A DNA stretch of 64,000 nt from Candidatus Eiseniibacteriota bacterium (GCA_031370785.1 JANMQY010000114.1:32001-96000); one strand, 5' to 3'; positions 9,716-19,779 are shown, counted from the first letter of the stretch. The notes: generated by a model not told the origin, from the letters alone. Numbers and translations: made by a program.

Positions 9716-10177
9716 CTACCGATTGCGGAGGTGAGCGGCTTCGTACTCGCTGATCTTGTGCAGGCGGGGCTCGTGACGACCGCCCTCGAAGCGGGTCTCG
9801 AGCCAGACCCTGAGCCACTTCGCCACTGCCTCGTGATCGGGGCTGGTGCGGCCGCCAAGCGCGAGCACGTTCGCGTCGTTGTGGAGGCGCGAGAGCCGGG
9901 CGGTCTCCTCGCTGGTCACCATCGCGGCGCGAACCCCCGGCACCTTGTTCGCCGCGATGCTCTCGCCGATCCCGCTTCCCCCGAGCACGATGCCGCGCTC
10001 GACCTCGCCGCGCGCCACCTTCTCGCCGACCGGGAAGCAGAAATCCGGGTAGTCGACGGGAGGCTCGGCCGCGTAGGTTCCCAGGTCGATCACCTCGTGG
10101 CCGAGGATGCCCAGCTCACGCTTGAGCCGTTCCTTGAGCGCGAACCCGGCATGATCGGTGCCGATCGCGACGCGCAC
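9716..10177 (-). CDS. rpiB: Ribose-5-phosphate isomerase B
   Basis: DHAG, DYP, GSGIGESIAANKVPGVRAA, HNDANVL, FEGGRH. Confidence 0.95.
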   Translation of the reverse strand: MRVAIGTDHAGFALKERLKRELGILGHEVIDLGTYAAEPPVDYPDFCFPVGEKVARGEVERGIVLGGSGIGESIAANKVPGVRAAMVTSEETARLSRLHNDANVLALGGRTSPDHEAVAKWLRVWLETRFEGGRHEPRLHKISEYEAAHLRNR

Positions 10178-10188
10178 CTCGAGCCGCT

Positions 10189-11148
10189 CTAGCGCGCCGC
10201 AGCGCCGACCGGTGCGCCAGTGCGGCGTGGCACCGGAGCGAGCCAGCCGTGGCGATCGGCGGTTTCCCCGCGGACCGTGGCGAAATACGCGTCCTGGATC
10301 GCCTTGGTGATCGGACCGCGCTCGCCGTTCCCGATCGGAATCCGGTCCACCGAGGTGACCGGCGTGACCTCGACCGCGGTGCCCGAGAAGAACAGCTCAT
10401 CGGCGATGTACAGCAGCTCGCGCGGCATGATGGTCTCGCGCACCTTGAAGCCCAGCTCCTCGGCCAGCGTCATCACGGTGCTGCGCGTGATGCCGAGCAG
10501 TATGCTGCTGTGCCCGGGCGGGGTCAGGATCTCTCCGTTCACCACCGCGAACAGGTTCTCGCCACTTCCCTCGCTGACGTAGCCGTTCACGTCGAGCGCG
10601 ATCGCTTCCGCGTATCCGTCCTCGATCGCCTCGAGCTTGAGCAGCTGCGAGTTGAGATAGTTGCCACCGGCCTTGGCCAGCGCGGGCAGCGTGTTCGGCG
10701 CCATGCGCGCCCACGATCCGATCTTGACCGGCACGCCCTTGGTGATCGCGTCCTCGCCGAGATACTTGCCCCACGGATAGGCGGCGATCGCGACCTCGAT
10801 CGGCGTCCCGATCGGATTCACTCCGACGTGCGCGTAGCCGCGGTACACCAATGGGCGGATGTAGCACTCGTCGAGACGATTGAGCTCGACCGCATCGATG
10901 CACGCCTTCACGATCTCTTCCTTCGTGTAAGGAATCAGCATGCGGTAGATCTTGGCCGAGTTGAACAGTCTGCGAATGTGGTCCTCGAGGCGGAAGATCG
11001 CCGGGCCGCTGCGCGTGTGGTAGCAGCGGATGCCCTCGAACACGCTCGAGCCGTAGTGGAGCACGTGCGACAGCACGTGAACCTTCGCGTCATCCCACGC
11101 GACCCAGGCACCGTTCATCCAGATCTTGTCGCTCTTCGTCATCGACAT
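10189..11148 (-). CDS. ilvE: Branched-chain amino acid aminotransferase
   Basis: LHYGSSVFEGIR, YIRP, AKAGGNY, SEGSGENLF, LLGITR, GTAVEVTPV. Confidence 0.96.
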   Translation of the reverse strand: MSMTKSDKIWMNGAWVAWDDAKVHVLSHVLHYGSSVFEGIRCYHTRSGPAIFRLEDHIRRLFNSAKIYRMLIPYTKEEIVKACIDAVELNRLDECYIRPLVYRGYAHVGVNPIGTPIEVAIAAYPWGKYLGEDAITKGVPVKIGSWARMAPNTLPALAKAGGNYLNSQLLKLEAIEDGYAEAIALDVNGYVSEGSGENLFAVVNGEILTPPGHSSILLGITRSTVMTLAEELGFKVRETIMPRELLYIADELFFSGTAVEVTPVTSVDRIPIGNGERGPITKAIQDAYFATVRGETADRHGWLAPVPRRTGAPVGAAAR

Positions 11149-11190
11149 GACGCACCTCTTGGGAGTGCCGGCGCCCTCAGCCCCTGAACT

Positions 11191-11676
11191 TCAGGCCGAA
11201 CGTTCTCTCAACGCTTCGCGAACCAGCGGAACCACACGGTCCAGATGGCGCCGGATGCGGCGCCAGCATTCTTCGTACGCTTCCAGCGATCCGCCGTAGG
11301 GATCGTCGATCGCGAGCTGCGGTTCACCCGGAGCGGGCCACTCGCTGAGCAGGTGGGTCCTCTCCGGCTTCGCACCCATCGCGGTCACCACCGCGAGGTG
11401 CGACCGCTCCATGACCAGCACCAGGTCGACCGATCTCACCAGCTCGGGCGTCACGCGTCGCGAGCGATGTCCTGCCAGTTCCACGCCGTCGCGCCCCGCC
11501 ACCTCGATGGCCTGCTCCGTCGCCGGCCGCCCTTCCAGGGCGCCGGTCCCGGCCGACATCACCTCGACGCGCTCGCCATCGGTCCCGAGGGCTTTCGCAA
11601 GCCAGCCTGCGGCCATTGGACTGCGGCACGTGTTTCCGCTGCATACCATGAGAACTCGGAACGTGGCATTCGACAT
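11191..11676 (-). CDS. Low-molecular-weight phosphatase, YwlE-like (putative protein arginine phosphatase)
   Basis: CSGNTCRS P-loop and DPYG motif; start corrected to ATG 11676. Confidence 0.85.
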   Translation of the reverse strand: MSNATFRVLMVCSGNTCRSPMAAGWLAKALGTDGERVEVMSAGTGALEGRPATEQAIEVAGRDGVELAGHRSRRVTPELVRSVDLVLVMERSHLAVVTAMGAKPERTHLLSEWPAPGEPQLAIDDPYGGSLEAYEECWRRIRRHLDRVVPLVREALRERSA

Positions 11677-11684
11677 GCGTGACA

Positions 11685-11714
11685 AGGATAGGCGGCGCTC
11701 CCTTCGGGAGTCAA
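11685..11714 (-). promoter_or_regulatory. Putative sigma70 promoter, leaderless-type, for the LMW phosphatase-ilvE-rpiB-glyA genes
   Basis: TTGACT-N18-TATCCT, ending 8 nt before the ATG; no SD. Confidence 0.55.
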
Positions 11715-12364
11715 CCGACCCGGTCCTCGCGTGCGTCCTCGAAATCGCCGAGATCCGCACGCACATCGAGCTCGCCGAGCCGCAGCAATCGCGCTCGCGG
11801 TGCGCTCACGTCCACCAGGGTGGAGGCGATGCCGCCGCGTCGCGGTCCGCCGTCCAGCACCAGATCGAGCTGATTGCCGAATACGCGCACCACCTCTTCG
11901 GCGGTCTCGGCCGGCCGCTGCCCGGACAGGTTCGCGCTGCTCGCGACCACCGGCCCGCCGATGCGATCGAGCAGCAGCAGGCACAGCTTGTCATCCGGGC
12001 AGCGCAGCGCCACGGTGCCGCCAGCGCCGCGCACCCGCGCCGGCACGATCGGCGCGGCCTTGAAGATGAGAGACAGCGGGCCCGGCCACCATTTGGCGAT
12101 CAGCCGCTCGGCGACCTCGCTCACCTGCGAGGCAATCCCGTAGACCTGCCTGGGATCGGGTATCAACGAGATCACGGCGAGCGAGGGATCACGGCGCTTG
12201 AGGCGCGCGACCATGCCCACCGCCGATTCGTCGAACAGCGAGCAGCCAAGCCCGTAGAGCGTGTCGGTCGGGAATGCGATCACTCCACCGCGCAGCACCG
12301 CCTCCGCCGCGGCGTGCAGCGGCCCCTCCGCGGGGTTCGATGGATCCACCTGAAGGACTTCCAT
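11711..12364 (-). CDS. tsaC: L-threonylcarbamoyladenylate synthase (short TsaC/Sua5 type)
   Basis: AFPTDTLYGL, LKRRD, WPGPLSLI, SSANLSG, ASTLVD. Confidence 0.93.
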   Translation of the reverse strand: MEVLQVDPSNPAEGPLHAAAEAVLRGGVIAFPTDTLYGLGCSLFDESAVGMVARLKRRDPSLAVISLIPDPRQVYGIASQVSEVAERLIAKWWPGPLSLIFKAAPIVPARVRGAGGTVALRCPDDKLCLLLLDRIGGPVVASSANLSGQRPAETAEEVVRVFGNQLDLVLDGGPRRGGIASTLVDVSAPRARLLRLGELDVRADLGDFEDAREDRVG

Positions 12365-12367
12365 CGC

Positions 12368-12859
12368 TCACCGGCCCCCGGCGCGCGTGCGGATGGGCCG
12401 CTGAGCCCGGGACTCGAGCATGCGCGCGAGCCGCGCGTCGTTTAGCGCGAGGATGCGCAGCGCGAGATGCGCCGCGTTGCGCGCCCCCCAGGTTCCGACG
12501 CCCAGCGTCCCGACCGGCACTCCGGGCGGCATCTGAACGGTGGCCAGCAGCGCATCGAACCCGCCGAGCGGCGAAGTCGCGAGCGGCACGCCCAGGACCG
12601 GAAGCCGGCTGTTCGCGGCCATCGCGCCGGCCAGGTGCGCGGCGCCGCCGGCGCCGGCCACGATCACTTCCAGCCCGCGCGCCCTGGCGGTCCTGGCCCA
12701 CTTCGCCGCGGCGTCCGGGGTGCGGTGCGCGGAGCGCACTGCAACCTCGCACTCCACGCCGAACTCCGCGAGCACGCGCGCCGCCTCTTCCATCACCACG
12801 CGGTCCGACTCGCTGCCCATCACGATCCCGACCCGCGCGCCCCTGCGCTTCACCGCCAT
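12368..12859 (-). CDS. purE: N5-CAIR mutase
   Basis: MGSESD, SAHRTP, AGAGGAAHLAG, VQMPPGVPVGT. Confidence 0.97.
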   Translation of the reverse strand: MAVKRRGARVGIVMGSESDRVVMEEAARVLAEFGVECEVAVRSAHRTPDAAAKWARTARARGLEVIVAGAGGAAHLAGAMAANSRLPVLGVPLATSPLGGFDALLATVQMPPGVPVGTLGVGTWGARNAAHLALRILALNDARLARMLESRAQRPIRTRAGGR

Positions 12860-12895
12860 CGCCGCCTCCTCGCCATTGATCCCTGGAACACCGCG

Positions 12896-14191
12896 TCAGT
12901 GCGCGCGTTCCTCCAGCTTCGCCACGCCACCACCGATGTCGTGACGGCAGCGCCATCCGTCTCCGCCGAGCCGCGCGATCGCACGGTACGCGGTCCCTGC
13001 GGCCGCGCCCGGGTCGGCTCCGCGCGCCATCACGTAGGCGGCGCGACCGCCCCGCACGCGCCAGCGCCCGTCTTCGAACGCGGTGCCCGCGTGGAAAACC
13101 GTGATCTCGTCCGACTCCATCAGCTCGTCCAGTCCGGCGAGCGTGCCGCCGCCGCGCACCGCATCGGGATAGCCTTCGTCGACCAGCGCGACCGCAAGCG
13201 CCGCACCCTTCTCACGCGCGGGCGGCGTCGGATCGAGCGCGCCGCGTGCGGCCTGGGCGAGCCGTTCCGCGAAAGGCCCGGCCACGAGCGGCAACACCAC
13301 CTGGGACTCGGGATCTCCGAAGCGACAGTTGAACTCCACCACCCGCGCCTCTCCGCGGTCGATCATCAGACCGCAATAGAGCGCCCCGCGATACGGAGTG
13401 CCGCGACGCGACATGGCGGCGAGCAATGGCGCCACGATGCCTTCGCCGATGCGGCGCTCGAGCTCGGGCGGGACCGCCGCGATCGGGGCATAAGCGCCCA
13501 TGCCTCCGGTATTGGGCCCCGAGTCGCCGTCGAACGCTCGCTTGTGGTCGCGCGCGGAGGGAAGAAGCACGTAGTGCTCGCCGTCGCACAGCGCCATCAC
13601 CGAAGCCTCCTCGCCGAGCAGGAACTCCTCGACCACCACGCGCCGCCCGCTCGCGCCAAAGCGCCCGGTCTCGAGACAGTCGACGAGAAACCGTTCGACC
13701 GTGCGCCGCGAGTCGGTGACGCACACTCCCTTGCCCGCGGCGAGGCCGTCGGCTTTGACAACCCACGGTGGACCGAAGCGCTCGAGCGCCGCCCGGGCCG
13801 CCGCCGGGTCGACGCAGAGCTCGGCGCGGGCGGTCGGCACGCCGGCCTCGGCCATGACCTCTTTCGCGAACCACTTGCTGCTCTCGAGGCGGGCGGCCGC
13901 GCGGCTCGGCCCGAAGGTGCTGATGCCGGCCGCGGTCATCTCGTCCGCGACCCCGGCGTCCAGCGGCGCCTCGGGCCCGATGATCGCCAGGTCCACCTTG
14001 TGTTCCCGGCACGCCCGGATCAGCCCCGCCGCGTCGCGCTCCCCGATTGGAAGTCGGGTGAAGTCGCGTCCCATGCCGTCGTTGCCGGGTGCGACCATCA
14101 CCTCGCGCACCTGCGGGTCGCGCGCGAGGCGCCACGCGAGCGCGTGCTCGCGTCCGCCAGAGCCCACCACCAGAACGCGCAACTCAGCCAT
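12896..14191 (-). CDS. purD: Phosphoribosylamine-glycine ligase
   Basis: GSGGREHAL, GPEAPL, KADGLAAGKGV, GPNTGGMGAY, EFNCRFGDPE. Confidence 0.97.
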   Translation of the reverse strand: MAELRVLVVGSGGREHALAWRLARDPQVREVMVAPGNDGMGRDFTRLPIGERDAAGLIRACREHKVDLAIIGPEAPLDAGVADEMTAAGISTFGPSRAAARLESSKWFAKEVMAEAGVPTARAELCVDPAAARAALERFGPPWVVKADGLAAGKGVCVTDSRRTVERFLVDCLETGRFGASGRRVVVEEFLLGEEASVMALCDGEHYVLLPSARDHKRAFDGDSGPNTGGMGAYAPIAAVPPELERRIGEGIVAPLLAAMSRRGTPYRGALYCGLMIDRGEARVVEFNCRFGDPESQVVLPLVAGPFAERLAQAARGALDPTPPAREKGAALAVALVDEGYPDAVRGGGTLAGLDELMESDEITVFHAGTAFEDGRWRVRGGRAAYVMARGADPGAAAGTAYRAIARLGGDGWRCRHDIGGGVAKLEERAH

Positions 14192-14198
14192 GTGCCGC

Positions 14199-14226
14199 AC
14201 TCTATCAGCCCAGCCTCAGGATTCAA
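14199..14226 (-). promoter_or_regulatory. Putative sigma70 promoter, leaderless-type, for purD
   Basis: TTGAAT-N16-TAGAGT, ending 7 nt before ATG 14191; no SD. Confidence 0.45.
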
Positions 14227-14356
14227 TAGCAGCCGCCCGACAACCTCGCGAACGTCCCGCGATCCGCGTCGAGCGCGGCGAGGTGCGGCAAACCGCGCAA
14301 AGCGCCGGTCAGGAAACGGGCGCGCATCGCAGCCCGGGCTGCGAGCGACCGCGACG

Positions 14357-15796
14357 TCACGCGCGGCCGCTGCGCGCGGCCATCTCCTCTTTCAGCAGAT
14401 CCTGCACGACCTGCGGCGCGGCCTGTCCATCGCTCTTCTTCATCACCTGCCCGACGAGGAAGCCCAGCGTCGTGGCCTTGCCCGCGAGGTACTGAGAGAC
14501 AGGGCCAGGATTCTCGTCGAGCGCGGCCCGCACCAACCCGAGCAGGTCGCCCCGATCCGGAACCTTGAAGCCGCCGCTCGCAATCACGGAGTCGGGATCG
14601 GAGCCCTGCTGGAGGACCAGCTCCAGAATCCGGTTGGCGAGCGGCCCCGGAAAACTGACCGCCGTCACATTGTTGAAGCGGATGAGATGTTCGACGTTCA
14701 GCGACCTTCCCTCGCGCTCCTCGCGGTAGAACTTCAGCACCCGGTTCATGAGGAAGTTGCTGGCGAGTTTGCGGTTCGTGCTGCCCCCGATGACCTTGTC
14801 CGCGAAATCCGAGTACTCACGATCCTCGTTCAGCACGCTTGCGTCGTAGGCGGGCAATCCGTACTCGCGAACGAAACGCTCCGCGCGCATCCAGGGCAGC
14901 TCGGGCAGGGCGGCGGCCGCCTGTTTGAGCCAGGCTCCGTTCACCTTCAGGACCGGAAGGTCCGGCTCCGGGAAGTAGCGGTAGTCGTGCGCGTGCTCCT
15001 TGGTGCGCATCACCGCCAGCCGATCGTGATCGGCGTCGAACAGCAGCGTCGCCTGCTCGATGCGTCCGCCGGATTCGAGCACGCCGCCCTGGCGCGCGAT
15101 TTCGGCGATGAGGCCCTTTTCCACCGCCTTGATCGAGTTCAGGTTCTTGATCTCGGTCTTGGTGCCGAGCGCGCTCTGCGAGGCCGGGCGCAGCGAAACG
15201 TTCGCGTCGCAGCGCAGCTGGCCCTTCTCCATGTCTCCGTCCGAGATGCCGAGCCAGCGCACCAGCCGGCGCAGCGCGAGCAGGAACGAAGCGCAATCCG
15301 AAGGCTCGTGGAAGACGGGTAGCGTGACCAGCTCGAGCAGCGGCACGCCCGCGCGGTTGAATTCCACGCGCGAGACCCGCCGGTCGCCCTGGCGCTCCGG
15401 GTGAAACGACTTGCCGGTGTCCTCCTCGACATGAATCCGGACCAGCGGAAACGCCTTCGTCCCGCCCTCGAGCGCGACCGGGAGCGCTCCGCCTTCGCAC
15501 AGCGGTCGGTCATACTGGGTGATCTGGTAGTTCTTCGGCATGTCCGGATAGAAGTAGTTCTTACGCGCGAACACGCTCTCCGCGCGCACTTCGCAGCCGA
15601 GGGCGAGGCCGAGGCGCAGCGCCGCGTCGATCGCGGCGCGGTTGGCGCGCGGCAGCGCCCCGGGCAGGCCCAAGCACACCGGGCACACGTTGCGATTCGC
15701 GGGCGCGCCGAACTCGACCGGACACTCGCAGAACATCTTGCTGCGGGTGGCGAGCTGGATATGGCACTCGAGGCCGATTACCGCCTGGTGGGCCAT
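14357..15796 (-). CDS. gatB: Asp-tRNA(Asn)/Glu-tRNA(Gln) amidotransferase subunit B
   Basis: IGLECHIQL, CLGLPGALP, RKNYFYPD, HVEEDTGK, LRCDANVS, DYRYFPEPDL; start corrected to ATG 15796. Confidence 0.96.
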   Translation of the reverse strand: MAHQAVIGLECHIQLATRSKMFCECPVEFGAPANRNVCPVCLGLPGALPRANRAAIDAALRLGLALGCEVRAESVFARKNYFYPDMPKNYQITQYDRPLCEGGALPVALEGGTKAFPLVRIHVEEDTGKSFHPERQGDRRVSRVEFNRAGVPLLELVTLPVFHEPSDCASFLLALRRLVRWLGISDGDMEKGQLRCDANVSLRPASQSALGTKTEIKNLNSIKAVEKGLIAEIARQGGVLESGGRIEQATLLFDADHDRLAVMRTKEHAHDYRYFPEPDLPVLKVNGAWLKQAAAALPELPWMRAERFVREYGLPAYDASVLNEDREYSDFADKVIGGSTNRKLASNFLMNRVLKFYREEREGRSLNVEHLIRFNNVTAVSFPGPLANRILELVLQQGSDPDSVIASGGFKVPDRGDLLGLVRAALDENPGPVSQYLAGKATTLGFLVGQVMKKSDGQAAPQVVQDLLKEEMAARSGRA

Positions 15797-17253
15797 GAGA
15801 ACTCCGATTCGAAGGACGCTTCCAGCCGCGAGACATCGCCGCGCACTTCGATGGCGCGCCCGGCGCGCAGCAGCGCGGGCTCGCCATCCTCGGGTCCGAG
15901 CAGCTGCACCGCGAGCGGCAGTCCGCCCTTGCCGATTCCGACCGGCACGGTGAGTCCCGGGATTCCGGCGAGATTGGCGCCGATGGTGAAGATGTCGCTC
16001 AGGTACATCTCGAGCGGATCCTCGGTCTTCTCGCCAAGCCGGAACGCAGTGGTGGGCGCAGCCGGCATCAGCATCAGGTCGCAACGCGCGAACGCTTCCC
16101 CGTACTCGCGGCGGATGCGGGTGCGCGCCTTCTGAGCGGTGAGGTAGTAGGCGTCGTAGTACCCGGCCGAGAGCGCGTAGGTGCCGAGCAGGATGCGGCG
16201 CTGCACTTCGGGACCGAACCCGGCGCTGCGCGTTCGGGTATAGAGGAAACGCACATCCGGCGCATCCGGGTGACGGAAGCCGTAGCGCACGCCATCGAAC
16301 CGCGCCAGATTCGAGCTGGCCTCCGCGGTCGCGACCAGGTAGTAGGTGGCGACCGCGTACTCGCCAGGCAGGAAGTCGAAGGTCACGCGGGTCGCGCCCG
16401 CCGTCTCGAGCCACGAGGCGGCGTGCTCGAGACCTTCCACCACTTCACTCGCGACTCCCGCCTTCCAGAGATTCTGCGGCCAGCCAAAGCGCAGGCCCTT
16501 CACGCCCTGCGCCCAGCCCGAGAGGTCGGGCGCCTCATCGAGCCGCGTGGTCGCATCGAACGGGTCCGGGCCGGCGAGCGCGGAATAGGCGAGCGCGATA
16601 TCGCCCGCGTGCCGCGCGAAGATCCCGACCTGATCCAGCGACGAGCCAAACGCGACCAGTCCGTAGCGCGAGAGGCGTCCGTAGGTGGGCTTGAGCCCGA
16701 ACACCCCGCAGAACGCGGCGGGCTGACGCACCGAGCCGCCGGTGTCCGAGCCGAGCGCGAGGGGAACAAGTCCGTAGGCCACTGCGGCGGCCGGCCCTCC
16801 GCTCGAGCCGCCCGGCACGCGCTTCAGATCGTACGGATTGCGCGTGGGCCCGTAGCAGCTGTACTCGGTGGACGAGCCCATTGCGAACTCGTCCATGTTG
16901 CCCTTGCCCGCCACCACCGCGCCCGCCTCGCGCAGGCGCCGGATCACGGTCGCATCGTACGGCGAGCGCCAGCCGGCGAGAATGCGCGAGGCGCAGGTGG
17001 TGGGGTAGTCGGTCGTGCACAGGTTGTCCTTGACCAGCACCGGCACTCCGGCGAGTGCGCCGCCTTTGACTGCGCGCGCGCCGGCCGCTCTCACCGAAGC
17101 ATCCTCGTGCACTACCGCGTGCACGTCATGCTCCCAGGTGCGCGCGGGTCCCTCCCAGCCGGACTCGACCACGTCCCAGGCCTCGAGCATGCCCGCGCGG
17201 ACGTCGGCGGCGTTGCGCGCCGCCGACCGGCGCCACAGCTCGGCGGCGCTCAT
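15778..17253 (-). CDS. gatA: Amidotransferase subunit A
   Basis: KDN, DEFAMGSS, PGGSSGG, GSDTGGSVRQPA, SSNLARFDG, RRILLGT; start corrected to ATG 17253, overlapping the gatC stop. Confidence 0.96.
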   Translation of the reverse strand: MSAAELWRRSAARNAADVRAGMLEAWDVVESGWEGPARTWEHDVHAVVHEDASVRAAGARAVKGGALAGVPVLVKDNLCTTDYPTTCASRILAGWRSPYDATVIRRLREAGAVVAGKGNMDEFAMGSSTEYSCYGPTRNPYDLKRVPGGSSGGPAAAVAYGLVPLALGSDTGGSVRQPAAFCGVFGLKPTYGRLSRYGLVAFGSSLDQVGIFARHAGDIALAYSALAGPDPFDATTRLDEAPDLSGWAQGVKGLRFGWPQNLWKAGVASEVVEGLEHAASWLETAGATRVTFDFLPGEYAVATYYLVATAEASSNLARFDGVRYGFRHPDAPDVRFLYTRTRSAGFGPEVQRRILLGTYALSAGYYDAYYLTAQKARTRIRREYGEAFARCDLMLMPAAPTTAFRLGEKTEDPLEMYLSDIFTIGANLAGIPGLTVPVGIGKGGLPLAVQLLGPEDGEPALLRAGRAIEVRGDVSRLEASFESEFSWPTRR

Positions 17254-17549
17254 GGCTCCAGGTTCTCGACGATCGGCGGCACCAGGAAGAAACCGTCCTC
17301 GGCCTCGGGGGCTCCGGCGGTCGCGACCGCGGGGTCGAGCCGGCGCCCGTTCGTCTCGTCCTCCCGCAGCGGGGCGTCTGCCGGCGCGAAGGTGCTGATC
17401 TCGCAACCAATGAGATCCAGACGATTCAGGGTCGCGACGAACTCCAGCACCGCCGAGAGCTCGGCGCGCATGCGCTCGATGCGATCTTCCGGAATCTCGA
17501 GCCGGGCCAGCTCGGCGATGCGCTCGACTTCTTCGCGGCTAATCGCCAT
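17250..17549 (-). CDS. gatC: Amidotransferase subunit C
   Basis: ISREEVERIAELARL...LRED...APEAEDGFFLVP. Confidence 0.95.
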   Translation of the reverse strand: MAISREEVERIAELARLEIPEDRIERMRAELSAVLEFVATLNRLDLIGCEISTFAPADAPLREDETNGRRLDPAVATAGAPEAEDGFFLVPPIVENLEP

Positions 17550-19779
17550 CCGATCCTCCAGTCAGGAAGCGCCCGATCACGCGTTTGATCACGGTGCCGA
17601 AGCGCACCGTGTATCTGGCGTCCGCGCCTTCGCCGTCGGCGTCGACCACGACGCCTCGTCCGAAGCTCTCGTGATACACCTCGCGACCCACCACGCGCGA
17701 GCGTCCGGCGCGGTGGGCGTGGACTCCGGGCCCGACGGGAGTCCCGTCCCCGTCGGTATCGGCCTTGGCCCTGGCCCAGGTCGAGCGCCACGGCCTCGGG
17801 CCCGCTTCGCTCGATCCGCCGCGAGCGGCGCGCGCTTCCTGCCGTTCGAGCAGCTCGGCCGGAATCTCCTCGATGAAGCGCGACACCGATCCACCACGCG
17901 CCCCTTCGAAGCGCCGGCGATACGCGGCGGCGCTGAGCAGCACCCGGTCGCGGGCGCGGGTCAGGGCGACGTAGAACAGTCGCCGTTCTTCTTCCAGCTC
18001 GTCCGGGTCGTCCAGCGACGAGCCGTGGGGAAAGAGCCCCTCTTCGAGCCCGGCGACCACCACCACCGGAAATTCCAGCCCCTTGGCGTTGTGCGCGGTC
18101 AGCAGCAGGACGCGGTCCGCGCCTTCGGCCAGCCGGTCGGCGTCCGTGGTCAGCGCGGTCTCCGCGAGAAAATCAAAGAGACTCGAGCCCGACCCCTCTT
18201 CGTCACGCTCCCGCTCCTCGGACTGGACTGCGGCCGCGACCAGCTCCTCGACGTTCGCGCGCCGCTCGTTCGCGCTCTCGCAGTCTTCCCCATCCAGGTG
18301 CGGCAGGTAGTGCGAACGCTCGAGGACGTGGAGCATGAGCGCCTCCATCGAACCGCTCTGGCGCTGGCGGATCTCCTCGAGCAGCGCGAGCAGATCGGTC
18401 GCCCCGGCCAGGGCCGCCCGGGTCAGCGTCCGACCCGTGACGAGATCCCTGAGCGCCGACTCGGGCGTGCCCCCTCGTTCCGCGAGGAGCACTTCGAGCT
18501 GGGTGCGCACCGCAGGACCGAGCCCCCGGCGCGGCGTGTTCCAGATGCGCCAGAACGACACGGCATCGGTGGGATTGATCGCCGCGCGCAGGTACGCGAG
18601 CACGTCCTTGACCTCACGGCGCTGATAGAAAGCCACCCCGCCCACGATTTCGTAGAGGATGGCGCGCTGGCGCAGCTCGGTCTCGAGCGCGCGCGATTGC
18701 GCGTTGGTCCGGTACAGCACCGCGCATTCGTCGAAGCGCCCCCCCCCGCGCACGTGCTCCTCGAGAAAAGCGCGGATGCGGCCCGCCTCGTCCACCTCGT
18801 CGGCGGCCAGTACGAAGCGCAGCAGCGCGCCGTCCTCGCGGTCGCACCACAAATTCTTGCCCTTGCGCGCCTGGTTGTTCGCGATCACCGCGTTGGCGGC
18901 CTTCAGGATGTTCCCGGTCGAGCGATAGTTCTGTTCGAGGCGAACCACCGCCGCGCCCGGGAACGTGGTCTCGAAGTCGAGGACGTTCGCGAGGTCCGCG
19001 CCCCGCCACCCGTAGATGGACTGGTCGTCATCCCCGACCACGAACAGATTCCTGTGCACCCGGCTCAGCGCCGCGACCAGCCGGAACTGGGCGTGATTGG
19101 TGTCCTGATACTCGTCGACCAGCACGTGTTCGAAGCGGCGCGCATAGCGCTCGCCGAACTCGGGACGCTCGAGCAGTCGCACGGTTACCGCAATCAGGTC
19201 GTCGAAGTCGAAGGCGCCGGCGGCGCGCAGCGCGTCCGAATACAGCGCATAGCACTCGGCGATCTGCTTCTCGTACGGGCTCACCGCGAGCCGTGCCGCC
19301 TCGGCCGGGGTCACCAGCGCGTTCTTCGCATCCGAGATGCGCGACAGCACCGCGCCCAGCCGGTATGCGGCCTCGGGCAGCTGCAGGCGGCGCAGGATCT
19401 CGCGCAGGACCGATTCCTGATCCTCGCGATCGTAGATCGCGAACGAGCGTGGCCGGTCGAGCGCCGCGGCCTCGCGGCGCAGGATGCGCACCGCGGTCGC
19501 GTGAAAGGTGCCCACCCACAGGCGTGCCGCGCTCTCGCCCACCGCCCGCTCGATGCGCTCCTTCATCTCGCGCGCAGCGCGGTTGGTGAAGGTGAATGCC
19601 ATCACGCTCTCGGGCCTTACTCCACGTTCGAGCAGGCGCGCGATGCGCGCCGTCAGGACCCGGGTCTTGCCGCTGCCCGCTCCGGCGACGACGAGCAGCG
19701 GCCCGTCGAGGTGCTCGACCGCGGCGCGCTGAGCCTCGTTGAGCGTGGGGAGTTCAGGGAGTGCGGGACGGGCGGTCAC
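17539..19779 (-). CDS. pcrA: PcrA/UvrD-family DNA helicase
   Basis: LNEAQ, AGAGSGKT, TFTNRAA, VDEYQDTN, VGDDDQSIY, NYRS, KGLEF, EERRLFYVALTRA, C-terminal Tudor-like domain; GTG start 19779 with a GAGG SD. Confidence 0.95.
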   Translation of the reverse strand: MTARPALPELPTLNEAQRAAVEHLDGPLLVVAGAGSGKTRVLTARIARLLERGVRPESVMAFTFTNRAAREMKERIERAVGESAARLWVGTFHATAVRILRREAAALDRPRSFAIYDREDQESVLREILRRLQLPEAAYRLGAVLSRISDAKNALVTPAEAARLAVSPYEKQIAECYALYSDALRAAGAFDFDDLIAVTVRLLERPEFGERYARRFEHVLVDEYQDTNHAQFRLVAALSRVHRNLFVVGDDDQSIYGWRGADLANVLDFETTFPGAAVVRLEQNYRSTGNILKAANAVIANNQARKGKNLWCDREDGALLRFVLAADEVDEAGRIRAFLEEHVRGGGRFDECAVLYRTNAQSRALETELRQRAILYEIVGGVAFYQRREVKDVLAYLRAAINPTDAVSFWRIWNTPRRGLGPAVRTQLEVLLAERGGTPESALRDLVTGRTLTRAALAGATDLLALLEEIRQRQSGSMEALMLHVLERSHYLPHLDGEDCESANERRANVEELVAAAVQSEERERDEEGSGSSLFDFLAETALTTDADRLAEGADRVLLLTAHNAKGLEFPVVVVAGLEEGLFPHGSSLDDPDELEEERRLFYVALTRARDRVLLSAAAYRRRFEGARGGSVSRFIEEIPAELLERQEARAARGGSSEAGPRPWRSTWARAKADTDGDGTPVGPGVHAHRAGRSRVVGREVYHESFGRGVVVDADGEGADARYTVRFGTVIKRVIGRFLTGGSDGD

